A stretch of 14,350 bases of DNA from Dehalococcoidia bacterium (lineage in GTDB: Bacteria; Chloroflexota; Dehalococcoidia; Lucifugimonadales; UBA3495), in the NCBI GenBank assembly GCA_030740155.1, contig JASLXV010000094.1, positions 1 through 14,350 on the forward strand. The letters are read 5' to 3'. The notes beneath the pieces were generated by a model. It ran no database searches, was not told the DNA's origin, and saw only the letters and a list, made by a program, of their open reading frames with translations. The position numbers and the translations under genes are program-made. Shown in pieces: positions 1 through 7,290 of the stretch. Position 1 is the stretch's first letter. Every line of letters begins with the position of its first letter.

Positions 1-560
1 GGGCAGCAGTCGCACAAACAGTCCACCGGTCTTGATGAGCTTGGTCTGCACGCTTCGCAGTGACCAGTGGTTCACTGACTCTGGCAAAGTCAGCCTTCTC
101 ATGAAGTTGCCTCCGCCGCAGGCGGGTAGGCCAGTACAAACAGCCACAGCCTAACCTGGTTAGCAACGAGCCTGTGACACGAGAGCCGCGTCCAGTTCAG
201 GGCGTATTTGCCTTCCTTGATCCACTGCCCGGCCTTGCCCCACGCGTTCTAGAAGTGGGTTGCGCCTTCCAGCGGTAGGTTGAGGTTGGTGACGACGAAC
301 CCGACCCTCGGATTTAGCTCATCCTGGTGCCAGTCCACCCTTCGGCGAGCTCAGGGCAGGCTCTGGGCGACCCCTTCCTGCTCCTCGTACTCCGGGGTCT
401 CGGAGCTGTCCATGTCCAAGATGATGCGCCGATGAGATGTGCGGGCCATCCCCTGCTGCACCCACCGGGCGTTCAGGAGTGCCAGTCCTTCGAGGTTCTC
501 CGGCTGGGCGAGCACCTCGGTCTCAAAGCGGCTCACTCTGTTGGTGGGGGCCGCCGCAGA
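1..560 (-). pseudogene. IS1380-family DDE transposase remnant (5'-truncated, internally deleted, nonsense codon and frameshift)
   Basis: Minus-strand fragments read SRFETEVLAQPENL...RRIILDMDSSETPEYEEQEGVA, then VDWHQDELNPRVGFVVTNL...HF*NAWGKAGQWIKEGKYALNWTRLSCHRLVANQVRLWLFVLAY, then GNFMRRLTLPESVNHWSLRSVQTKLIKTGG. These match motifs I recognise from IS1380 transposases. There is an in-frame TAG at 249-251, a frameshift near 113-126, and the middle of the gene is missing at ~338-365. The remnant runs off the left edge. Confidence 0.85.
338..365. repeat. Half copy of a TTCGACAAGCTCA-type palindromic (REP-like) element inside the transposase remnant
   Basis: cccttcggcgagctcagggcaggctctg resembles the reverse complement of the left arm of the element at 1888-1913 (ccctgagcttgtcgaaggg). 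Confidence 0.6.
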
Positions 561-573
561 CGTTGATCCCTCT

Positions 574-825
574 TTATTCCCTGGCGGCCGTCTCGACGAG
601 GAGCGCTCCATAGACGCAATACTTCACGCACAGGCTACAGTGGTCGCAGTCATCGTGCAGAAAGACATCGTAGCTGCGGTCCGATTCGTTCCAGTTGACC
701 GATAGTTTTGCTTCCGAGGGCCGGAACGTCCTGGTGAACCTGAAGGAACAGCGAAGCCGGCACAGGTCGCAGCCAACACACTTCTCCTGATCGACTATGA
801 CGCGAAAGCGGCTCTTAACTGCCAT
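574..825 (-). CDS. 2x[4Fe-4S] dicluster ferredoxin-like protein (83 aa)
   Basis: Two CxxCxxCxxxC motifs (CVGCDLCRLRC, CDHCSLCVKYC). ATG at 825 is preferred, GTG at 834 is an alternative. Confidence 0.85.
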   Translation of the reverse strand: MAVKSRFRVIVDQEKCVGCDLCRLRCSFRFTRTFRPSEAKLSVNWNESDRSYDVFLHDDCDHCSLCVKYCVYGALLVETAARE

Positions 826-906
826 TATGGTCACTCTTTCTCTCAGTCGTGGTCTCTTCGATTGGCCACGCGGGACCGGCCGCGGGCCAATGCAGCAGGC
901 ACCCGC

Positions 907-935
907 AGTCTAAGTTTCGCGGTCTGACGTGTCAA
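907..935 (-). promoter_or_regulatory. Putative sigma70 promoter for the ferredoxin gene
   Basis: Minus strand TTGACA(935-930)-N17-TAGACT(912-907). A GC-rich hairpin attggcc...ggccaat (861-891) lies in the predicted leader. Confidence 0.6.
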
Positions 936-1143
936 GGGCCGGTGCTCGCCGGGTCAACCGCTCCAAGTGTGCGACTGAGCCCGTGCTAGAATGGGCGCGG
1001 CAGCACAATCGAGGAGATCGTCGTTGCTTCGAAGCTGAACCCCTGTTCTGCGAACGGATGGCTGAGCCAACGAGGAACTTGACCCATCCATCGATCATGT
1101 TTAGCCGTTTCGGAGAGGGACGGCAGAAGGGAGGAATGGCCCC

Positions 1144-1857
1144 ATGACCCAGCTCGTTTTCATCCACGGGCCCGGCGCCGGAGCCTGCGCCGACGGTTTC
1201 GAAAACCAGCTCAGCCACTTTCCTGGCAGCCTCGCGCCCAACCTGCCGGGGCATCTGTCCGGGAAGCCCTGCCCCAACGTGGAACGCTACACCGATTGGC
1301 TGCGGGGATGGCTGTGGGCCCAGGACAGGCACCACGATCTGGTGCTGGTGGGTTTCACCCTGGGGGCCTGCGTCGCCCTCCAATACGGCCTGGACTACCC
1401 GGACGAGGTCAAGGGGCTGGTGCTCATGACGGTGTCCATGCGGCCCAAAGAGCGGAAGCCAGGCACCCTGGATATGCGGCTGCAGGCGGCGAAGGAGCCA
1501 GAAGCGTACCGGGAATGGATCGAATTCCAGCGCCATGCAATGAAGTGGGTGGAGCCAGGGTTGCGGGACCGCCTCCTCGAGCGCCACGCCCAGGTGGGGC
1601 CGATCTCCCAGTACAACGACCTGGTGACCATCGACCGGTTCGACGTGCGCGACCGCATCGGGGGCCTCAAGCCGCCGCTGGTCCTTATCCGGGGTGTGGA
1701 CGACCCCGGAGCGCCGCCGGAGTACGAGGTGGAGATCCACCAGGCGGTGCCCGGGTCCCGGTACCTGAAGCTGGAACGGGCCGGCCATTTTCCCATGGCG
1801 GAACGTCCCGACACGGTCAACCAGGCCATCGAGGAAATGCTGGCGGAGATTGGCTAG
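1144..1857 (+). CDS. Alpha/beta-fold hydrolase with an atypical nucleophile elbow
   Basis: LVFIHG oxyanion motif, NLPGH, VLVGFTLG elbow, LIRGVDD and AGHFPMAE catalytic His region. RBS GGAGG lies upstream. Confidence 0.9.
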   Translation: MTQLVFIHGPGAGACADGFENQLSHFPGSLAPNLPGHLSGKPCPNVERYTDWLRGWLWAQDRHHDLVLVGFTLGACVALQYGLDYPDEVKGLVLMTVSMRPKERKPGTLDMRLQAAKEPEAYREWIEFQRHAMKWVEPGLRDRLLERHAQVGPISQYNDLVTIDRFDVRDRIGGLKPPLVLIRGVDDPGAPPEYEVEIHQAVPGSRYLKLERAGHFPMAERPDTVNQAIEEMLAEIG

Positions 1858-1858
1858 T

Positions 1859-1961
1859 CCAGGTCCCGGAATTAGCCGTTACTTCATCCGTTCGCCCTGA
1901 GCTTGTCGAAGGGTGCCGGGCGGTGGTTCGACAAGCTCACCACGAACGGTATTTGTAACGC
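1859..1961. repeat. REP-like palindromic element, copy 1
   Basis: Perfect 13-bp inverted repeat tgagcttgtcgaa (1898-1910) / ttcgacaagctca (1927-1939), with outer arms ccgttcg/cgaacgg and cgttac/gtaacg. It lies between convergent genes and is homologous to 6626-6728. Confidence 0.85.
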
Positions 1962-1992
1962 ACACCATCGGCGAGAAGTAATGGGGTGTCCC

Positions 1993-2361
1993 TTATGCTC
2001 TCGACGCCAGCTCTACCTCCACCAGGGGGCTGCAGGCTGCCCATGCATCCAGGTCCCTGGCGGCCTCCAGCTTGCGGTGGATCTTGGCAAATATTTCCCG
2101 GCGCTGGGCGTCGTCCAATATTGGCCTGGCAGTGGCGGAGAGGCCGGCCCGGACGCTCTCCTTGAGGTGGAAAGTGAACTCAGGGTGGGCCAGCAGGTTC
2201 GCATACCAGTCCCGGCGGCCCGGCGTGCCGGTGATATACAGCCTCCCCTCGACGTTGTGGAACCAGATCTCCGTGAGGCGAGGCTGTCCCGTCTTCCTCC
2301 CCGTCGTGGTGATGTCGATGGTGCGGTCCCGCGCGAGGGCCCGAGCGATGTCATCTTTCAA
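1993..2361 (-). CDS. Deazaflavin (F420)-dependent nitroreductase-family / split beta-barrel oxidoreductase
   Basis: ITTTGRKTGQPRxxEIWF and RDWYANLLAHP motifs typical of the Ddn-like family. TTG start with GAGGT RBS. Confidence 0.85.
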   Translation of the reverse strand: MKDDIARALARDRTIDITTTGRKTGQPRLTEIWFHNVEGRLYITGTPGRRDWYANLLAHPEFTFHLKESVRAGLSATARPILDDAQRREIFAKIHRKLEAARDLDAWAACSPLVEVELASRA

Positions 2362-2362
2362 T

Positions 2363-2398
2363 GTCTAACCTCGCGTCTAACCCCGTGTCTAACCCCGG
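2363..2398. repeat. 3 x 12-bp tandem repeat overlapping the stop codon of the upstream hydrolase
   Basis: gtctaacctcgc (2363), gtctaaccccgt (2375), gtctaaccccgg (2387). Confidence 0.8.
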
Positions 2399-3279
2399 GC
2401 CGGCAGGTACTGGTTGAACCAGTCCAGGGTTGCGGCCATCACCTGGCCGAAGGCCGGCTCCTGGTATACCTCGTAGTGGCCGTAGCCTTTCAGGATCACC
2501 AGCTTCTTGGGCTCCTTGGCGTGGGCGTAGAGTTGTTCCGACTCCTCGGGCAGGACCAGCCGGTCGTTGTCGGAGGTGATGAAGAGGATGGGCCGGGGCG
2601 ACACTTTGTCGACGATCCACTCGGGGTTGAAGCCCATGGTGTCGTCCACGTACTCCAGGGGTATGGTGCCGACCGCCGCCGGGTTGTTGCGCCGTGCGGC
2701 TTCGGCCAGCCGGGCCGACTGCCGGTCGGGCAGCAGTATCTCGGCGCGTTCCATCGGTTCCGAGGCCCCCGTCGTCGCCCTTTTCTCCCGATCGGCCTTG
2801 GAGCGCTCCAGCAGGTCGAACCATTCGTCGACCCGCCGGACCCGGCTCATCCATCGAGCCCCGTTTCCGATGCCGACAACGCTCACGATGCACTTGGCCC
2901 GCTGGTCCACCGCGCCGACCCAGGAAACCGTGGCCCCTCCGTAGCTGGTGCCGTAGAGACCGATTCTATCGGGGTCCACCTCCGGCTGAAGGCCGAGGAA
3001 GGTGATAGCGGCCTGCACGTCGATTACCCGGCTGTAGGGGACGAGGCGGCTGCGGGCCCCCTCGCTGTCACCCCAGCCCTTGTAGTCGAAGACCATGGCC
3101 ACATAGCCGGCCGCATTGAGGGCCGCGGCGTTATCCGGCAGATAGAGGTCTTTGACGCCGGTATACCCGTGGCATAGCACGACCGCCGCGCGCCGCTCTC
3201 CCCGGGGCAAGCCCTCCGGGGTGAACACGTCACCCTGAAGCTTGAACCCCTCGCTGTAGAATTCGACCGCGCGCTTCAC
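2389..3279 (-). CDS. Alpha/beta hydrolase (S9/S15/CocE-like serine hydrolase)
   Basis: VLCHGY, FDYKGWGDSEG, RIGLYGTSYGG nucleophile (GxSxG), DNDRLV acid and GHYEVY His. GTG start with GGAGG RBS. Confidence 0.92.
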   Translation of the reverse strand: MKRAVEFYSEGFKLQGDVFTPEGLPRGERRAAVVLCHGYTGVKDLYLPDNAAALNAAGYVAMVFDYKGWGDSEGARSRLVPYSRVIDVQAAITFLGLQPEVDPDRIGLYGTSYGGATVSWVGAVDQRAKCIVSVVGIGNGARWMSRVRRVDEWFDLLERSKADREKRATTGASEPMERAEILLPDRQSARLAEAARRNNPAAVGTIPLEYVDDTMGFNPEWIVDKVSPRPILFITSDNDRLVLPEESEQLYAHAKEPKKLVILKGYGHYEVYQEPAFGQVMAATLDWFNQYLPARG

Positions 3280-3318
3280 TTTCAGGCCTCCCTTCGCCGG
3301 GGTTGGTGCGGATCGGAT

Positions 3319-4512
3319 TTACTCCTCCGCGTTCATGCCGGCCGCGTAGAAGTCCGCCTCCTCGGTGTCACTGAACCGGCCGGGCGAGAAGGTCTCAATC
3401 TCCTCGGGCACCTGGGTGCAGCCATTCTGGATGTACTCGGCCACGTTCTTGCCGGTGATGGGGCCCAGGTGGATCCCCTTGGTGCCGTGGCCGGTGGCCA
3501 GCACTACCCCTTGCCAGCCGGGCACCGGGCCGATGATGGGCAATTGGTCGGGGCTCAAGGGCCGGGAGCCCGCTAGCTGTTGGACCAGCTCGGCCCCTTC
3601 CAGCGCCGGGAACACGTCGATGGCTCGCTGGAGCAGCTCTACTTTGGCGGTCTCGCTGGGGACCCGGTCGAACTCTTCGCCAAGGAACCATTCCTTCTGG
3701 TCGTAGTCCCGGCCGCCGGTACTGCCCACGCTTAGCAGACCGTCCATCCGGCTGATCATGTGTCCTCGTTTTGGCGAGCTGATCAGCACCGGCAAGGGGT
3801 CTCCGGCGTAGCGGAGCATCAGGCGTTCCCCCTTCAGGGGGCGTACCGGGACCGTGAAATTCAGTTCCTTGCTGAACCGGGAACTCCACGCTCCCGCCGC
3901 CAGCACCACGGTGCCGCAAGACACCTCTCCGGCTGCCGTGCGGACACCCGTCACGCGGCCGTCCTGGGTCAACAGGCCGGTCGTCTCCCGGAGTTGGATC
4001 TGGGCGCCCTTCTGTTCCGCGGCTTGAGCCAGGGCCAGGGTCAGACGGTAGCTGTCCAACTGGATCGATTCCTCTTCGTAGACTGCTCCCCGGAGGCTAG
4101 GCGTTAGCCGGGGCTCTATCTGGTGCACGTCCTTCTCGTCGATCCATTTTACGGGCACGTATTTCCCTTGCCAGACCATGAGGTCCTTGAGGAGCTTCTC
4201 CTCCTCCTCATCTAGGGCAAGCCGCAGGGCGGGACGGTGCTGGCATAGCAAGTCCATCCCCGTCTCCTCTTCCAGGCTGCGCACCAGGTCGGGGAACAGG
4301 TGATAGCCGGCCATGCCGAGCTGAAAGGGGGGTCCTTCCGAAAACTCCATGCCCAACATCAGGAGGGAGCCCGTGGCATGAAATGAGGCCCCGCTGCCAA
4401 TGGCCTCACGCTCGACGATAATCACCTTGGCGCCTTGCTGGGCCAGATAGTAGGCCACCGAGCAGCCGATCACACCGGCTCCGACTACTGCTACGTCCGC
4501 GGTTTCTGCCAT
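3319..4512 (-). CDS. FAD-dependent oxidoreductase, glycine oxidase/DAO family
   Basis: N-terminal VVGAGVIG Rossmann motif, GSGAS, VVLAAGAWS, PVRPLKG, GSRPLSPDQLPIIG, ATGHGTKGIHLGP. ATG at 4512 follows AAGGAAGGAAG. The substrate cannot be determined from sequence alone. Confidence 0.9.
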   Translation of the reverse strand: MAETADVAVVGAGVIGCSVAYYLAQQGAKVIIVEREAIGSGASFHATGSLLMLGMEFSEGPPFQLGMAGYHLFPDLVRSLEEETGMDLLCQHRPALRLALDEEEEKLLKDLMVWQGKYVPVKWIDEKDVHQIEPRLTPSLRGAVYEEESIQLDSYRLTLALAQAAEQKGAQIQLRETTGLLTQDGRVTGVRTAAGEVSCGTVVLAAGAWSSRFSKELNFTVPVRPLKGERLMLRYAGDPLPVLISSPKRGHMISRMDGLLSVGSTGGRDYDQKEWFLGEEFDRVPSETAKVELLQRAIDVFPALEGAELVQQLAGSRPLSPDQLPIIGPVPGWQGVVLATGHGTKGIHLGPITGKNVAEYIQNGCTQVPEEIETFSPGRFSDTEEADFYAAGMNAEE

Positions 4513-4545
4513 GCGCTTCCTTCCTTTTCGCCGTTGATTTCCCAG

Positions 4546-4574
4546 ATTATGCGTCCGCAACCGGAGGCTGTCAA
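4546..4574 (-). promoter_or_regulatory. Putative sigma70 promoter for the oxidase-hydrolase-nitroreductase run
   Basis: TTGACA(4574-4569)-N17-CATAAT(4551-4546). Confidence 0.6.
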
Positions 4575-4594
4575 ACGAGCCCTGCTTTGAGGGG

Positions 4595-5443
4595 TCAGCC
4601 TAGAAGCTCAAGCCCGGTCAACTCCGCGCTTATCCGCCACAGCCGTCCAGCGGCGGTGGCGTCGCGGGATGCCTGGGACGATGGGACCGCTTTCTTTTCC
4701 ACGAAATACTTTCCGGTGACGCCCGCCACGTCGGGCGAAGACGCCAGATAGACTATCGTTTCCGCACCCGCCGCGACGCCCCTGCCGGCCACTCGAAGGC
4801 CGAGATTCATCAGGCGGCCGGCCGGGCCGTTGTTGGCCAGCAGGTTGGTCGCGACCAGGCCGGGATGGGCGGCATTGGTGGTAACCCCCGTCCCTTCCAG
4901 CCGCCGGGCCAGTTCGAAGGTGAAAAGCAGGTTGGCCAGCTTGGATCGCCCGTAGGCGCGCCATCCCCGGTACCGGTGCGCTCCCTGGAGGTCTTCGAAG
5001 TGGATGCTCGCCTGCTGGTGAGCGCTGGAGGAGACGTTGATCACGCGGGAGGGATTGCCGGATATCAGGGAGTCCAACAACAGGTTCGTCAACAGGAAGT
5101 AGCTCAGATGGTTGAGGGCGAAGGTCATCTCGATGCCGTCGACGCTCTGCCGGCGGGACAGCACGATGGCCCCGGCGTTGTTGACCAGGACGTCCAGCCG
5201 CTGGTAACGGCTCTTGAAGTCTTCGGCAAGCTGCCAGACCTGCCCCTGGGACGACAGGTCGGCCAGCAGGAACTCGACCGACGGGTTGCCGGTCTGCCGC
5301 CGGATTTGCTGAACGGTGGCCGCGCTTTTCTCCGGGTTGCGCCCCGCCACAACCACCGTGGCCCCCCGGCGGGCGAACTCCCGCGCCGCCGCCTTGCCGA
5401 TGCCCGATGTTGCGCCGGTGACCAGGCAGGTCTTGCCTCTCAT
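4595..5443 (-). CDS. Short-chain dehydrogenase/reductase (retinol dehydrogenase-like)
   Basis: TGATSGIG, DLSS, LVNNAG, NHLSYF, NVSS, YGRSKLAN, HPGLVAT. Start moved to the ATG at 5443 (GGAG RBS). Confidence 0.93.
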   Translation of the reverse strand: MRGKTCLVTGATSGIGKAAAREFARRGATVVVAGRNPEKSAATVQQIRRQTGNPSVEFLLADLSSQGQVWQLAEDFKSRYQRLDVLVNNAGAIVLSRRQSVDGIEMTFALNHLSYFLLTNLLLDSLISGNPSRVINVSSSAHQQASIHFEDLQGAHRYRGWRAYGRSKLANLLFTFELARRLEGTGVTTNAAHPGLVATNLLANNGPAGRLMNLGLRVAGRGVAAGAETIVYLASSPDVAGVTGKYFVEKKAVPSSQASRDATAAGRLWRISAELTGLELLG

Positions 5444-5521
5444 GAGCGCTCCGTAACCATTCCTGATTGCCACCCCAGTATAACCCGGAGAGTTGCTGCG
5501 GCGCTGCCTGGCGAGGCGCCA

Positions 5522-5550
5522 TGGACTTCGCCCGCGCCTGCGCCTACAAT
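5522..5550 (+). promoter_or_regulatory. Putative sigma70 promoter for the LLM gene (divergent from the SDR)
   Basis: TGGACT(5522-5527)-N17-TACAAT(5545-5550). Confidence 0.55.
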
Positions 5551-5585
5551 GCGGGTCGGACCATACTCGATTACGGAGGGCCACC

Positions 5586-6542
5586 ATGGCGACACCGGAA
5601 GTGACGTTTGGCTGCAATCTCGGTGTGGAAGATTACTGGGACGTGGCGGAGTTCGCCCGGCGGGCCGAGGAGCTGGGTTTCGACCGGGTAACCACGGGCG
5701 AGCACCTCATGGACGGCAACCCTCCCCGGCCCACCTACCTCACGATTCCGGCCATGGCCGCCGCCGCCGGCGCCACCCGCAAAGTGCGGGTCATGACCGG
5801 GATCGTCATCGTGCCCCTGTACCACCCGGTCATGCTGGCTAAAGAACTGGCGGTCTTGGACGTGATCTCCGGCGGCCGGCTCGACTTCGGCATCGGCATC
5901 AGCGGTCAGCGGGGAACGGAGGCGGAGTTCGGCGCCATGGGTGTCTCGATACGCACCCGGGGCCGCCGGACCGACGAGATGTTGGAGGTCATGAAGCGGC
6001 TCTGGACGGAAGAAAAGGTCGCCCATCACGGGCGGTTCTTCGACTTCGACGACGTGACCTTGGTGCCAAGGCCCGCCCAGCAGCCCTACCCTCCCATCTG
6101 GGTGTCGGGGCGCAGCGACGCGGCCATGCGGCGCGCCGCGCTCCAGGGTGACGGATGGTATCCCTACCTCTTTACAGTGCGCCGCCTGAAGCAAAGCAAC
6201 GAAACGGTCCGCAATTTTGCCGCCGAGGCGGGACGGGACCTGACGGGCTTTCACTGGGGGTTGAACCAGCCGACGGCCATCAGCGACGACCCGAAGGAGG
6301 CCCTGGCCGTGGCCGTGGCCAACGTGGGGGAGAGGTACGTGACGCCGGAGCGGAACGCCGAATCCATTGCCCAGGCACTATGCCTGTCCGGCACACCCCG
6401 GGACTGCGTGAAGGGCGTCGAGGATCGAATCGAAGCCGGCGTCCGGGATTTCAACATGAAATTCTTGGCTTCGGACGCCCAGGGGATGTACAACCAGATG
6501 GAGATGTTCTCTCGGCAGGTGATACCTCACTTCCGTTCCTGA
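5586..6542 (+). CDS. LLM-class (luciferase-like) flavin- or F420-dependent oxidoreductase
   Basis: ARRAEELGFD..GEH, PLYHPVMLAKELAVLDVISGGRLDFGIG, PRPAQQPYPPIWVSG, GDGW. ATG at 5586 follows GGAGG. Confidence 0.93.
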   Translation: MATPEVTFGCNLGVEDYWDVAEFARRAEELGFDRVTTGEHLMDGNPPRPTYLTIPAMAAAAGATRKVRVMTGIVIVPLYHPVMLAKELAVLDVISGGRLDFGIGISGQRGTEAEFGAMGVSIRTRGRRTDEMLEVMKRLWTEEKVAHHGRFFDFDDVTLVPRPAQQPYPPIWVSGRSDAAMRRAALQGDGWYPYLFTVRRLKQSNETVRNFAAEAGRDLTGFHWGLNQPTAISDDPKEALAVAVANVGERYVTPERNAESIAQALCLSGTPRDCVKGVEDRIEAGVRDFNMKFLASDAQGMYNQMEMFSRQVIPHFRS

Positions 6543-6625
6543 GCCGGGTCCGAGGCCGGTGTCCCGGGTCTCCGCGCCGCAGTCAGGTCCATGGTTGGCC
6601 GGTGGACGGCTCCAGTCGCAGGCGC

Positions 6626-6728
6626 CCAGGCCCGGATATGGCCGTTACAATCATCCGTTCACTGGAGCCTGTCGAAGAGCGCGGGGCCGGTGGTTCGACA
6701 AGCTCACCACGAGCGGTCTCGGCAACGC
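6626..6728. repeat. REP-like palindromic element, copy 2
   Basis: ccaggcccgga..gccgttac..tcatccgttc..gagcctgtcgaag...ggtggttcgacaagctcaccacgagcgg aligns with 1859-1961. Confidence 0.85.
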
Positions 6729-6734
6729 TGAGTC

Positions 6735-7290
6735 ACGAGATACTAGCCTGGATGATCTCCCGCGTCACCCGCCACGGCCGTCTTTCCGGCGAAGGCCGGA
6801 ACCCAGAGAAGCGTGGAGTGGACCCCGGCCTTCGCTGGGTGGCGGATTGGGTACCGGGCCAGTTACGAGATACTAGCCTAGATGATTTCCCGCGTCGCCC
6901 CCACGACCGTCTTTCCGGCGAAGGCCGGAACCCAGAGAAGCGCGGACTGGACCCCGGCCTTCGCCGGGGTGACGGACTGGGTACCGAGCCGGGTACGAGC
7001 TACTAGCCCAGGTGTTCTCCCGCGTCACCGCCACGGCCGTCTTTCCGGCGAAGACCGGAACCCAGAGAAGCGTGGAGTGGACCCCGGCCTTCGCCGGGGT
7101 GACGGATTGGATACCGGGCCAGTTACGGGATACTAGCCTGGATAATCTCCTGCGTCACCCTCCGCGGCCGTCTTTCCGGCGAAGGCCGGAACCCAGGTAA
7201 GCGTGGACTGGATCCCGGCCTTCGCCGGGGTGACGGATTGGGTATCGAGCCGGTTACGAGATACTCGTCTAGATGATTTCCCGCGTCACC
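6735..7290. repeat. Tandem array of ~130-bp units (4 full plus 1 partial), each a long palindrome plus a copy of the adjacent gene's 3' end
   Basis: Units start at 6735, 6865, 6995, 7125 and 7256. Each full unit contains ccgtctttccggcgaaggccggaaccca...tggaccccggccttcgccggggtgacgg and a variant of ctagatgatttcccgcgtcacc. Confidence 0.93.

Noticed and set aside
351..611. Intact 86-aa protein
   Set aside because: It is a chimera of the ferredoxin 3' end in another frame, an IS1380 transposase fragment and a REP-derived stop.
983..1065. Possible small peptide or selenopeptide after TGCTAGAAT and GAGGAG
   Set aside because: The frame gives only a few codons before TGA, with no UxxC context or convincing hairpin.
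1903..3177. Long antisense or alternate-frame ORFs (e.g. 1903-3177+, 910-1788-, 4865-5842+, 7203-8252+, 4608-5522-, 6155-7006+)
   Set aside because: They overlap well-supported genes, lack recognisable motifs, and are expected shadows in high-GC DNA.
3319..4512. Gene symbol thiO
   Set aside because: Only family-level similarity is visible and there are no thiamine genes (thiS/thiG) nearby.
6540..6542. Sec read-through at the TGA stops of the LLM, SDR (4595-4597) or lipoprotein (11809-11811) genes
   Set aside because: The LLM and SDR domains are complete at the stop. None of the three has a redox-motif context or a comparable SECIS-like hairpin.
6735..7290. CRISPR array
   Set aside because: The whole 130-bp unit is repeated, there are no unique spacers, and there are no cas genes in the window.
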